Shown here: positions 48,610 through 57,985 of the stretch, piece by piece | How the letters are laid out: each line of letters begins with the position of its first letter | How positions within the stretch are numbered: the first letter of the stretch is position 1 | Assembly (NCBI GenBank): GCA_965230295.1 | Contig: OZ246001.1 | Location: 2,240,001 to 2,304,000 of the forward strand | Reading direction: 5' to 3' | Origin: Marinicella sp. | Lineage (GTDB): Bacteria; Pseudomonadota; Gammaproteobacteria; Xanthomonadales; Marinicellaceae | DNA: 64,000 nucleotides | Translations under genes and position numbers: made by a program | Notes under the pieces: generated by a model | Told to the model about the DNA's origin: nothing | Databases searched by the model: none | Seen by the model: the letters and a program-made list of their open reading frames with translations, nothing else

Positions 48610-50253
48610 TCATTGATCAAATGAGTCTTCGAAAATCACATCCGGGTTTTCGAACGTATAGACCCGAACTGATCCTGTGTCGTTTTCTGCATCTGTTGAG
48701 TCATCTCCTGGTAAGCCCACGGCCAATTCGGGACCGTTTCCAAAGTCGCCCACAGTCATTGACAATGACATTTCATCTCCGGTCAGTGATCCTGCATTTT
48801 GATAGATGTTGTCAGTGGTCGTGAGGCCATTGTTGCCACCAAAGATGATGTGAAAAGCACCCGCTAAGCCGTCTTCACGGGGTACACCCACCACCAAATC
48901 AGTGTATAAATCAAAATTCAAATCACCAGCAGTCAAGGTGTCACCAAATTGATCGCTGTTTTCCGCCACCCCGCCAATATCAGTGGTATTTTGGTGGAAT
49001 ATTTGATTGTCCAATGAACTTAAGCCAATTTGGCCACCGTAGATGATGTTCACTGCACCGGCCGCATTGATGCCATCTGCATCCAGGTCTTCACCAGAGA
49101 CTCCTATGGCCAAATCAGTGGCTTGATCGCCATTGAAATTACCAGTGGTTAAAGATGACCCAAAACGGTCATTGACTTCCGGAACACCCACTATGTCACC
49201 GCTTTGAGACCAGATTTCATCGTCTGCATTGGCCTGTAAGCCTGCAAAAGCACCATAAAATACCTGTACAGCACCGGCATTGTTTTCGCCATCTATGTCT
49301 TCACCAGGTACACCAACGGCCAAATCTGAGAAGATGATATCTGAACGGAACCGTCCGGCAGCCAAACTGCGACCAAATTGATCATTACTTTCCACCGAGT
49401 CATCAATACTGGCGGTGTTTTGCGACAGTGAATCCCGATTGGCACCATCCAATCCTGCTTGATCTCCATAGAATATTTCAACCTGACCACCATCGGTGAT
49501 TTGATCCATGTTGCCAAAGTCTTCAAATGGTGCTGAAACGGCCAGGTCAACACAGCGATTTCCGTTGTTGCTGTCACCGTTGAAATTTCCGGTAACCATG
49601 CTCCAGCCAAAGCGGTCGCCGGCAGAGATTGATGGTTCAAAAAAAATGCCCATACCAGAACCTTGCCAAATGAAGGTAGAGCCTTGGCCATTGTCAGTAA
49701 AGCCTGTATCAGAACCATAAAAAACATTGATGGCGCCGACATTATTTCTTTGAGCACCATTCAGAATGACATCTTCATTGGGTGTACCAACGGCCAAGTC
49801 ATCAATACCATCACAATTGAAATCGCCACTGGCCAGGCTTTGACCGAATTGGTCATTGGCTTCAACGCCATTCAAAGTTTCTAAATTGGTTCCACTGTTG
49901 TCAAATGTTTGGAACAAATATTGGTGGTCAGTGGCTGATAAGCCATTGGGCGTGCCGTAAATGATCAGCACAGTACCCGTGTTCAGTATGGCACCAAAAA
50001 AGAAATCATGGTTGGGGATGCCGATGGCCAGGTCTTGCCAGCCATCATGATTGAAATCGCCGTCTGCAATGGCTTCTCCAAACCGGTCAATGGGTTCGTT
50101 TGTTCCGGATATTCCTATACTGTCTTCGTTCCACAGCTGTTCATCAACGATGTTTTGAAACAAGGTATTGAACAAAGAGTCTTGTTCATTGTTTCGTTCA
50201 TTGGCACACAGCGATTGGGCCAAGAATAAGGTACATAATGTGATTTTTTTCAT
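48610..50253 (-). CDS. Secreted FG-GAP (integrin-alpha-like beta-propeller) repeat protein
   Basis: About seven repeats D.FG...GDFN.DG..DLA.G.P...GAV.I.YG; signal peptide; tail DVIFEDSFDQ. Confidence 0.9.
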   Translation of the reverse strand: MKKITLCTLFLAQSLCANERNNEQDSLFNTLFQNIVDEQLWNEDSIGISGTNEPIDRFGEAIADGDFNHDGWQDLAIGIPNHDFFFGAILNTGTVLIIYGTPNGLSATDHQYLFQTFDNSGTNLETLNGVEANDQFGQSLASGDFNCDGIDDLAVGTPNEDVILNGAQRNNVGAINVFYGSDTGFTDNGQGSTFIWQGSGMGIFFEPSISAGDRFGWSMVTGNFNGDSNNGNRCVDLAVSAPFEDFGNMDQITDGGQVEIFYGDQAGLDGANRDSLSQNTASIDDSVESNDQFGRSLAAGRFRSDIIFSDLAVGVPGEDIDGENNAGAVQVFYGAFAGLQANADDEIWSQSGDIVGVPEVNDRFGSSLTTGNFNGDQATDLAIGVSGEDLDADGINAAGAVNIIYGGQIGLSSLDNQIFHQNTTDIGGVAENSDQFGDTLTAGDLNFDLYTDLVVGVPREDGLAGAFHIIFGGNNGLTTTDNIYQNAGSLTGDEMSLSMTVGDFGNGPELAVGLPGDDSTDAENDTGSVRVYTFENPDVIFEDSFDQ

Positions 50254-50359
50254 GATATTCTCCTGTTAAATTTAATCAAGTAAGGTTCTTCCCTTGATTA
50301 CCTGCTTCGTCAAATCAGGATGAATTTTTTTGAAAAATCGAAAAAACCATGAAAACAAA

Positions 50360-50535
50360 GAATGCTCTTGGGTCTTCATACATTTTTGTTTGTGCTGAGA
50401 GCAGCCGAAGTGACCCAAACAAAAATGAAAGCGACCACGTCGAGCATGTCTCACAACCTCACGCTCTTCGCCTCTGATTCGCTACGCTCACCAACCAGCT
50501 CGGCGGGTCAAGTTGCTAGGCAACTTTCCTTGGAT
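50360..50535. ncRNA. Unidentified structured non-coding element, short copy
   Basis: Same four blocks as 32673-33096 with minimal arms. Confidence 0.5.
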
Positions 50536-50619
50536 AAATGCCAATCACTTCACAATTTCACCAATCATTACTGAGTTGGCTTGAGAAACCAAAGCGTAGA
50601 GCGATATGATGGGTCTGTT

Positions 50620-51186
50620 ATGAACTCGGAAAATATACTTCAAACGGTTACGAACATATTGAATGAACACTTATCCGAAGGTGCCTGTGATGAGTTGTTC
50701 CATAAAATGTATCCAAGCATCAAGGTTTTGGCACGGCATGAATTGTCGAAACTCAACCCTGGGCAACAATTGTCACCAACGTTGCTGGTCAATGAATGCT
50801 ATTTGAAGTTGAAGTTGGGTGACTCATACAGTTTCAAAAGTAAAAAACACTTTTATAACACCATTGCCCGATGTATGCGGTTCTTCTTGGTCGATACGGT
50901 GCGACAACATTATCGATTGAAAAGGCAAGGTGTTCGCACCGAATTACAACTCAGTCAAGTGGCCGGGGATGAAGACATTGCACTGGACTTATTGATTTTG
51001 AATGATGTGATAGATCAACTGGAATCGATTGATCCGGAGTTGGCAATGATCACCCAGTATAAATTCTTTTCCGGAATGACTTTTGAGGAAATTGCAGAAA
51101 TTTATGAATGCAGCATCAGTCATGTGTTCAAGCAATGGCATATGGCGCGCTCATTTTTGGTCACCTTGTTAGAAGACCAGCAATGA
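50620..51186 (+). CDS. ECF sigma factor of the Ser/Thr-kinase-associated type (ECF43-like)
   Basis: LSPTLLVNECYLKL, MRFFLVD, KFFSGMT.EEIA, W.MARSFL; ATGA overlap with the kinase. Confidence 0.85.
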   Translation: MNSENILQTVTNILNEHLSEGACDELFHKMYPSIKVLARHELSKLNPGQQLSPTLLVNECYLKLKLGDSYSFKSKKHFYNTIARCMRFFLVDTVRQHYRLKRQGVRTELQLSQVAGDEDIALDLLILNDVIDQLESIDPELAMITQYKFFSGMTFEEIAEIYECSISHVFKQWHMARSFLVTLLEDQQ

Positions 51187-53972
51187 TGGAGAAAAACAAC
51201 TCACAAGCCATTTGGCAACAGGCCAAAACCCTTTTTGCCGAGTATCTTGATCTCCCGGTTGAGGATTCCTTGGCAGCTGTTGAAAAGCGCACAGACATTG
51301 AACCGGTGGTCAAGGAAAGGGTGGTTCGCCTGATCAAAGCCTTGGAAAAGTCAAAAACCATTTTACAACAGGCGGATTCGGGACAAATCATTCAACGCAT
51401 CAAGCAATTGTCTGACATGACTGGTCAACACGTAGATGGTTATGTGTTGAATGAGTTGCTTGCGGTCGGTGGCATGTCATCGATTTATCAGGCACAAAGG
51501 GTGGATTCAGAAGTGCAAAAACCAGTGGCCATTAAAATCCTTTCGATGCAGTCTGATGCCACAGATGTGGTGTTGTTGTTTAACCGTGAATTGAAAGCCT
51601 TGTCCAAATTAAATCATCAGAACATTGTGGCGTTTTATCACGGGGGTGAATCGACTTCAGGTATTTATTATTTGGTCATGGAATTGATTGAGGGGGCGAT
51701 CACCCTTGATCAGTATATTGAGCAACAACACGCCGACGTCAATCAAACCGTTGATTTGATTCAGCAGGTGGCCGTGGCGATGGTCAACGCCCATGATCAC
51801 TTGATCATTCATGGTGACTTGAAGCCCGAAAATATTCTGGTTGATGTTAACCACCAAGTGAAAGTGGTTGATTTTGGAATCGCCGCATTCACCTACCAGA
51901 ATCAACAACAACTGTCGCCCGTTTACACGCCGGCAGTGGCATCGCCAGAGCAAGTATTGGGCGCCAGTATCACCGTTAAGTCGGACGTGTTTTCTTTGGG
52001 CGCAACCTTATTGCAGTTGTTATCTAAACAATCACCCCAGCCCGGGTTTGCGCCTAACCAATATTCGACTGAAGGCATTCAAACACACATCAGTGGACTA
52101 TTGAAGGATTCAAATATTGACAGTGATCTGGGATGCATCATTAAAAAAGCCATGCACCCTGATCCAACACAAAGGTACATCACCATGCATGATTTTGCGG
52201 CTGATCTGACTTGTTGGTTGAAGGGTCGTCCTGTGATGGCAGTTCAGGGTGGGCGCTTGTATCATTTTAAAAAATTTGCCCTGCGTAACAAGTTGTTGAC
52301 AACCGGTAGCTTCTTGTTTATTGGTATCTTGATAGCTGCTTTGGTGGTGGTCCAAATTTACGCCATCAATGCCAAAAATGAAGCAGAAAAAGCCAAGACC
52401 ACCCTGGATTTCATGACCAGTGTGTTGAGCCAGGCAGATCCAGCCCACATAGACCAAGGCAACACCACGATCAAAGAAGCTTTTAAAATCACTCTGAACC
52501 AATCCGATGAGTTTTTAACCAATAATCCAGAGTCACAAATAGAAATATTGACTCAAGTGGCTGAAATTTACAATGAATTGGCCTTGTATGAAGAAGCGGC
52601 ATCTACAGCCGAGAAAATACATCAAGCCTATGGTATTACTGAAGGGCCAAACTCAAGAAATGCCATGTATTGGTTGTATGAAGCAGCCGGGCATTATCAC
52701 GCAGCAGGCGCCTTCGAAAAATGCCTTCAACTGGGACATGAAGTACTTGAGCAATTGGACCAGAATCAGCTGTCATATCCAGTGGTGCGATTGAATGCTT
52801 TGAATGTCATCATTAAATGCCATGTTGAAAAGTTTGAGAATGATCTGGCCTATCAATACATGAATGTGGCGCAGCAGCTGATGGATTCAGGAAAGATTAA
52901 TGATTATGAATCGCTGGGCAGAACATACAATTCATTCGCAGTCATCACACGTCGGCAACATCAGTTTGAATTGTCAGAAGGGTTTTATCAGAAAAGCCTG
53001 TTGAACATCGAAAAATCGTTGGGCAAAGACAACACGGCATATGCCACCATTTTGAATGGTTTTGGTCGCATGTACATGTTACAGGACAAGTATGAAGTTG
53101 CCAAACCGTACTTGATTGAGTCCATAGACAGGGTCCGTTCATTTGATCCAGACAGCCATGTGTTGGCCAGAAACATGAGCTATTATGCCAAGTACTTATT
53201 CAATACAGGTGAACAAGAAGCTGCCATAGAGCTATTGAATCAATCAACTGAAATCGCTGAAAAACGGGGGCATCAGTTTACAGTCATGATCATTCAGGAC
53301 TTGCGTCACGAGTACAACAGCATCATGGGCAACTTCATGGATGCTTTTGATGCCACATTGATCCGTTTACAATCAGCCCATGATATATATGGCCGAAACC
53401 ATTCGAGGGTGTCTTTGTACCTACAGCAGTTGGCTGACTTGTTGAGTTTTATGGGTCAAACACAAATGGCGCAAGAAGTTTGGCAGCATAACATTGAGCA
53501 TTATCTTGGGTCGGAAACAGCAATGACAGAAGAATTGGCCAACACCTATGCGTTTATGGGCTTAGATGCATGGTATTCAGACCAAAATGAATTGGCAGTG
53601 GCTTATTGGCAAAAGTCACATGCTTACGCATCCGGTGTTCAAGCAGTGCAGGTGTTGGGGTTTGTCATCGGAGAAGGTTATGCAATCGATTCAGAGGACA
53701 CCACAAAAGATGAATCTGAAGAGTTGATTTGGCAAATGTTGTTGAATGGGTCACAAGAAGCTGAAAAACCTATGAATTGTCCAGACAGGTCAGAAGTATT
53801 AAGCTTAATGAATTTACGCTATAAATACTTATTGCTCGAGGCGTGTTCAACATCAGACCACGATCTGCAAACAGCGTATGAGGCGATTAAAGAACAGCAG
53901 AAACTTGCTCAACAAGCATTTGGAGAAACACACAAACATCAAGTGGTTGACATTTTGGATGCTTTAAATTGA
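51183..53972 (+). CDS. Membrane Ser/Thr protein kinase with extracytoplasmic TPR repeats
   Basis: GGMSSIY, VAIK, HGDLKPEN, DFG, SPEQ, SDVFSLG; one TM; TPR-like C-terminus; start moved to 51183. Confidence 0.93.
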   Translation: MMEKNNSQAIWQQAKTLFAEYLDLPVEDSLAAVEKRTDIEPVVKERVVRLIKALEKSKTILQQADSGQIIQRIKQLSDMTGQHVDGYVLNELLAVGGMSSIYQAQRVDSEVQKPVAIKILSMQSDATDVVLLFNRELKALSKLNHQNIVAFYHGGESTSGIYYLVMELIEGAITLDQYIEQQHADVNQTVDLIQQVAVAMVNAHDHLIIHGDLKPENILVDVNHQVKVVDFGIAAFTYQNQQQLSPVYTPAVASPEQVLGASITVKSDVFSLGATLLQLLSKQSPQPGFAPNQYSTEGIQTHISGLLKDSNIDSDLGCIIKKAMHPDPTQRYITMHDFAADLTCWLKGRPVMAVQGGRLYHFKKFALRNKLLTTGSFLFIGILIAALVVVQIYAINAKNEAEKAKTTLDFMTSVLSQADPAHIDQGNTTIKEAFKITLNQSDEFLTNNPESQIEILTQVAEIYNELALYEEAASTAEKIHQAYGITEGPNSRNAMYWLYEAAGHYHAAGAFEKCLQLGHEVLEQLDQNQLSYPVVRLNALNVIIKCHVEKFENDLAYQYMNVAQQLMDSGKINDYESLGRTYNSFAVITRRQHQFELSEGFYQKSLLNIEKSLGKDNTAYATILNGFGRMYMLQDKYEVAKPYLIESIDRVRSFDPDSHVLARNMSYYAKYLFNTGEQEAAIELLNQSTEIAEKRGHQFTVMIIQDLRHEYNSIMGNFMDAFDATLIRLQSAHDIYGRNHSRVSLYLQQLADLLSFMGQTQMAQEVWQHNIEHYLGSETAMTEELANTYAFMGLDAWYSDQNELAVAYWQKSHAYASGVQAVQVLGFVIGEGYAIDSEDTTKDESEELIWQMLLNGSQEAEKPMNCPDRSEVLSLMNLRYKYLLLEACSTSDHDLQTAYEAIKEQQKLAQQAFGETHKHQVVDILDALN

Positions 53973-54035
53973 CATTTTTTTAGGCAGCTTAAACCTAAAT
54001 GATTAAACCTTGATCGCTGCAACTGTGGTCACGGT

Positions 54036-54542
54036 CTAGCGTCTTTGAATCAACCGCCCACGCAGCCACTGTTTTTGTGGCTTGCCCAACAATTGTTTTA
54101 AATCAAATGAAGCAGTTCTGAATTCTTTGAGGCGAATGGGGTTGTTGCGGCTGCCCAATTTGCCAAAAAATATGTATTCTTTATCAAATTTCAGCAGTGT
54201 CATGTCACATTGATCGGCCCTGGGTTGATTGCTCGAATTCATCCCGAAATCTTCAGGTACGCTGCCTTTCCAAATGGCCTTGGTTTCAATGTAGCCTCGG
54301 GCTTGTTTGTTCAGACTGATGTCCTTTTTGTAAATCCCCGAAAAAATGAAATCATAGTCCTTTTTTTTGATGGCCTTGAAATCGTTGCTGATTTTTGTTT
54401 TGGCATCGTTGCTGTTGTCAGAAACCCATTGGCCATCAACCAAGCGAGGCGGTTTGGATTTCTGTACCAGGAATTTTGAGCATGCCCAGGAGGTGTTTTG
54501 GGCCATCAATAAACAACAAAAAGTGGTCAGTAATATTTTCAT
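54036..54542 (-). CDS. Hypothetical exported protein
   Basis: Signal peptide ending SWA-C; TGATG overlap with dtd. Confidence 0.6.
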   Translation of the reverse strand: MKILLTTFCCLLMAQNTSWACSKFLVQKSKPPRLVDGQWVSDNSNDAKTKISNDFKAIKKKDYDFIFSGIYKKDISLNKQARGYIETKAIWKGSVPEDFGMNSSNQPRADQCDMTLLKFDKEYIFFGKLGSRNNPIRLKEFRTASFDLKQLLGKPQKQWLRGRLIQRR

Positions 54543-54979
54543 CAGGTCTCCAGCCAAAAAGTCACCGGCCCGTCATTGATCAAGCTGACTTGCATGTCAG
54601 CAGCAAATTGACCGGTTTGGACGTTTAAATCGGTTTGCTTAGCCAATTCGACCAGCTGATTGAAGATAAGTTCGCCATGTTCGGGAGAGGCTCCTCTGGA
54701 AAACCCGGGGCGATTGCCTTTTTTGGTGTCGGCAACGAGGGTGAACTGGGAGACCAGCAACAAATCGCCATTGATGTCATTCAAGGACAGGTTCATCTTG
54801 CCTGCCTGATCGGCAAATATTCGGTAGCGCCCAATTTTACCCAGTATTTTTCTGGCATGTTCAATGTCATCATCGCGTTCCACGCCAATCAAAGCCAGGA
54901 TGCCTTGTTTGATGTGTCCTACGGTTTTGCCATTCACATCTACTTGCGCTTGCTTAACCCTTTGTATCAGTGCTTTCAT
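54542..54979 (-). CDS. dtd: D-aminoacyl-tRNA deacylase
   Basis: LIQRV, SQFTL, KGNRPGF, NDGPVT. Confidence 0.96.
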   Translation of the reverse strand: MKALIQRVKQAQVDVNGKTVGHIKQGILALIGVERDDDIEHARKILGKIGRYRIFADQAGKMNLSLNDINGDLLLVSQFTLVADTKKGNRPGFSRGASPEHGELIFNQLVELAKQTDLNVQTGQFAADMQVSLINDGPVTFWLET

Positions 54980-55046
54980 GAGTGGGCATATTAGCAGAAT
55001 TGGTATGAACTTGGGAACTTACCCCAAAATCTCAGATGATTATATT

Positions 55047-56000
55047 TCACCCGGATAGAAAAAAATCCACATGGTTTTGTAGTTTATCCAGGTAATCGGG
55101 TTCCATGGGATCAAGCCACACGGCGTCTTCTTCTTTGCGCAGCCAGGTGAGTTGGCGTTTGGCCAACTGACGGGTGGCAGCGATGCCTTTGAAGATGAAG
55201 TCGTCTCTGTTGGTTTTGCCTTCCAGGTGTTCCCAGGCCTGGCGATATCCTACGGAGCGCATGGAGGGTAGTTCATCATGGTTCCTTGGATTGGCCATCA
55301 GCGTTTTCATTTCATCCAAAAAACCCTGTTCCAGCATGAGGTTAAACCGCTTGGCAATGCGTTCGTGTAAGACGCTGCGATCGGCTGGTGAAATGATGAT
55401 CTTTAAGGTGTTGTATTTGAGCTTTTGGCCTTGGTCCAATTCATGCCAAGTGGTCATGGTCTGGCCGGTTAATAGATAGACCTCATAGGCGCGATTGATG
55501 CGTTGCGGGTCGTTGGGGTGAATGCGAGCGGCACTGTCAGGGTCCACCTCGGCCAACAATTCATGTACATGTTCCCAGCCGAGTTCTGCGGCCATGTTTT
55601 GGATTTTTTCTCGTACCTCAGGGTCAGCTTCGGGCAGTTTAGACAAGCCATGCTGTAATGCGTTGTAATACAGCATGGTACCACCAGCCAGTAAGGGTAT
55701 GCGGTCATGATTGACACTGCCTTGCATCAACTCTATGGCATCCTGGCAAAAGTTGGAAGCTGAATAGGGTTCCCATGGTTCGCAGATATCAACCAATTCA
55801 TGAGGGGCTTTTTTAAGTGTTTCAGCATCTGGCTTGGCGGTGCCAATGTCCATGCCTTTGTAAACCAAGGCCGAATCAACGGAGATGATGTCACCCTGGT
55901 ATTGTTCATGCAACAATATGGCGGCATCGGTCTTACCCGCAGCAGTGGGACCCATCAGAAAAATGGCTTTGGGCAGCGAATGTTCGGTCTGATCATCCAT
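55047..56000 (-). CDS. miaA: tRNA dimethylallyltransferase
   Basis: MGPTAAGKT, SVDSALVYKGMDIGTAKP, GGTMLY, AKRQLTW. Confidence 0.97.
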   Translation of the reverse strand: MDDQTEHSLPKAIFLMGPTAAGKTDAAILLHEQYQGDIISVDSALVYKGMDIGTAKPDAETLKKAPHELVDICEPWEPYSASNFCQDAIELMQGSVNHDRIPLLAGGTMLYYNALQHGLSKLPEADPEVREKIQNMAAELGWEHVHELLAEVDPDSAARIHPNDPQRINRAYEVYLLTGQTMTTWHELDQGQKLKYNTLKIIISPADRSVLHERIAKRFNLMLEQGFLDEMKTLMANPRNHDELPSMRSVGYRQAWEHLEGKTNRDDFIFKGIAATRQLAKRQLTWLRKEEDAVWLDPMEPDYLDKLQNHVDFFLSG

Positions 56001-56010
56001 AGGAGGGTGA

Positions 56011-57837
56011 TTATTGACCACGCAAGAATAATTTGTCCAATTGTTTCATGTCTAATTGCGTCCAAGTGGGCCGACCATGGTTGCACTGGTCTGAACGCAA
56101 TGTATTTTCCATATCACGCAACAAGGCATTCATTTCCATAATGGACAATTGTCGGTTGGCCCTGACGGACCCATGACAGGCCATGGTGGACATGATTTCA
56201 TTGATTTGGGCTTCAATTTTTTGACTTGAGCCCAAAGCCACAATTTCAGACAACACATCCTTGATCAGGTTCTCCACATCGGCATGGGCCAGCATGGCGG
56301 GGATTTTGCGAACCACCAAACTTTCTTCTCCCGTGATGCTGATTTCAAAACCCAGCTGAGCGAACCAGTTTTGGTGGGTTTCTACGGCATTGACTTCACG
56401 GCTGGACACGTTAACCTGAATGGGCACCAATAACTTTTGGTTCTTCAGTTCGTCTGCCGCAAATTTTTGTTTCATGCGCTCGTAGGTGATGCGTTCATGG
56501 GCTGCATGCATATCGACAATGATCAAACCGTGTTGGTTCTCTGCAATGATAAATACACCATGAATTTGAGCTTTGGCATATCCCAATGGCGGGATGTCCT
56601 GGTTTTGTTCATCTGATTCAGGCAGGTTGGGCACACCAGCGACATCTGTACCTGGAAAATGATTGAAGTCCTGGCTGGCTTGAGCAGCTTGATTCAAGTA
56701 GTCAAAACTGGCCTCTCTGACCCCAACAGATGGTCTGTTGGACTGTAAGGCACCTTGTCCACCACCAGATAAGTTCAAGCGGTGTTGCATTTGTGAGTAA
56801 TCAGGTAAGGGCTCATTCACTGTAGCAGACATGGCACCAACTCGGGTTTCGGCCAGTGATTGATGGATGGAGCCAAAGATGAAATCATGAACCAACTTAG
56901 AGTCACGAAAGCGGACTTCGTGTTTGGTCGGGTGTACATTGACATCAACCAATTCAGGGTCAATGTCTAAGTACAACACGAAAGCCGGAAAACGACCATG
57001 AAACAGCACATCCTGATAGGCTTGTCTGATGGCATGACCGACCAGTTTGTCTTTGATCATGCGGTTGTTGATGTAAAAGAATTGGCGGTCTGGTTGGGCC
57101 CGATTCCATGAAGGCTTGGCGACCCAGCCTGACATTTTCAGGTTGCCCCGCTGCTGTTCAATATAAATGGCATTTTCAATAAAATCCTTGCCGCACAATT
57201 GATTGATGCGTTGGTGTTTGAGGATTTCAGAATCTCCGCCCTGGGCGTTGCGGATCATTTTGCCATTGTGGCTTAACCTGAAGGTGACATCAAAGCGTGA
57301 TAAAGACACGCGTTTGATCAATTCGTCAATGCGCAGGTATTCAGTTTGATCGGTTTTCATGAACCGCCGTCTGGCTGGCGTATTAAAAAATAAATCGGAG
57401 ACAATGATGGTGGTTCCAACGGGGTGTGCCGCTGGCATGGGCCCTTCGATTTCACCGCCATGTGCATTGACTTGAAATGCCATCTCAGCTTGATGGTGTC
57501 GAGAAATCAATTCGAAACGACTCACCGATGCAATACTGGGTAAAGCCTCACCACGAAATCCCATCGACAACAAGGACTCCAGATCATCCAAGGAGTGGAT
57601 TTTACTGGTGGCGTGTCGCTGTAAAGCCATGGTCAAGTCAGCTTCACTGATGCCGCGACCATTGTCGGTGACTTTGATGCGTTTTTTACCCCCTGTTTGG
57701 ACATCGATATCGATCACTGTGGCGCCAGCATCCAAGGCATTTTCGACCAATTCTTTGACCACCGATGCAGGACGTTCTACCACTTCTCCAGCCGCAATCT
57801 GGTCGATCAATTGGTTGGGTAATTTTCTGATACTCAT
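56011..57837 (-). CDS. mutL: DNA mismatch repair protein MutL (endonuclease-motif type)
   Basis: IAAGEVVERPASVVKELVEN, GFRGEAL, DMHAAHERITYE, CNHGRP. Confidence 0.98.
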   Translation of the reverse strand: MSIRKLPNQLIDQIAAGEVVERPASVVKELVENALDAGATVIDIDVQTGGKKRIKVTDNGRGISEADLTMALQRHATSKIHSLDDLESLLSMGFRGEALPSIASVSRFELISRHHQAEMAFQVNAHGGEIEGPMPAAHPVGTTIIVSDLFFNTPARRRFMKTDQTEYLRIDELIKRVSLSRFDVTFRLSHNGKMIRNAQGGDSEILKHQRINQLCGKDFIENAIYIEQQRGNLKMSGWVAKPSWNRAQPDRQFFYINNRMIKDKLVGHAIRQAYQDVLFHGRFPAFVLYLDIDPELVDVNVHPTKHEVRFRDSKLVHDFIFGSIHQSLAETRVGAMSATVNEPLPDYSQMQHRLNLSGGGQGALQSNRPSVGVREASFDYLNQAAQASQDFNHFPGTDVAGVPNLPESDEQNQDIPPLGYAKAQIHGVFIIAENQHGLIIVDMHAAHERITYERMKQKFAADELKNQKLLVPIQVNVSSREVNAVETHQNWFAQLGFEISITGEESLVVRKIPAMLAHADVENLIKDVLSEIVALGSSQKIEAQINEIMSTMACHGSVRANRQLSIMEMNALLRDMENTLRSDQCNHGRPTWTQLDMKQLDKLFLRGQ

Positions 57838-57985
57838 GGGATAAATTTTACCATGCTTCATGGTATATTCATGCCTTAAAACAGGTTTCTTTCACGGCTA
57901 CAGCACATTCCATTGATCGGTAAATGTACTTTAATCTTTTAATGGATAAGCCATGTAATGGTGCTGTTCAACTCTTAAAGCGGCC

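Noticed and set aside
54036-54542. TIMP-like protease inhibitor
   Set aside because: The mature N-terminus is CSKF rather than C-x-C; too weak to call.
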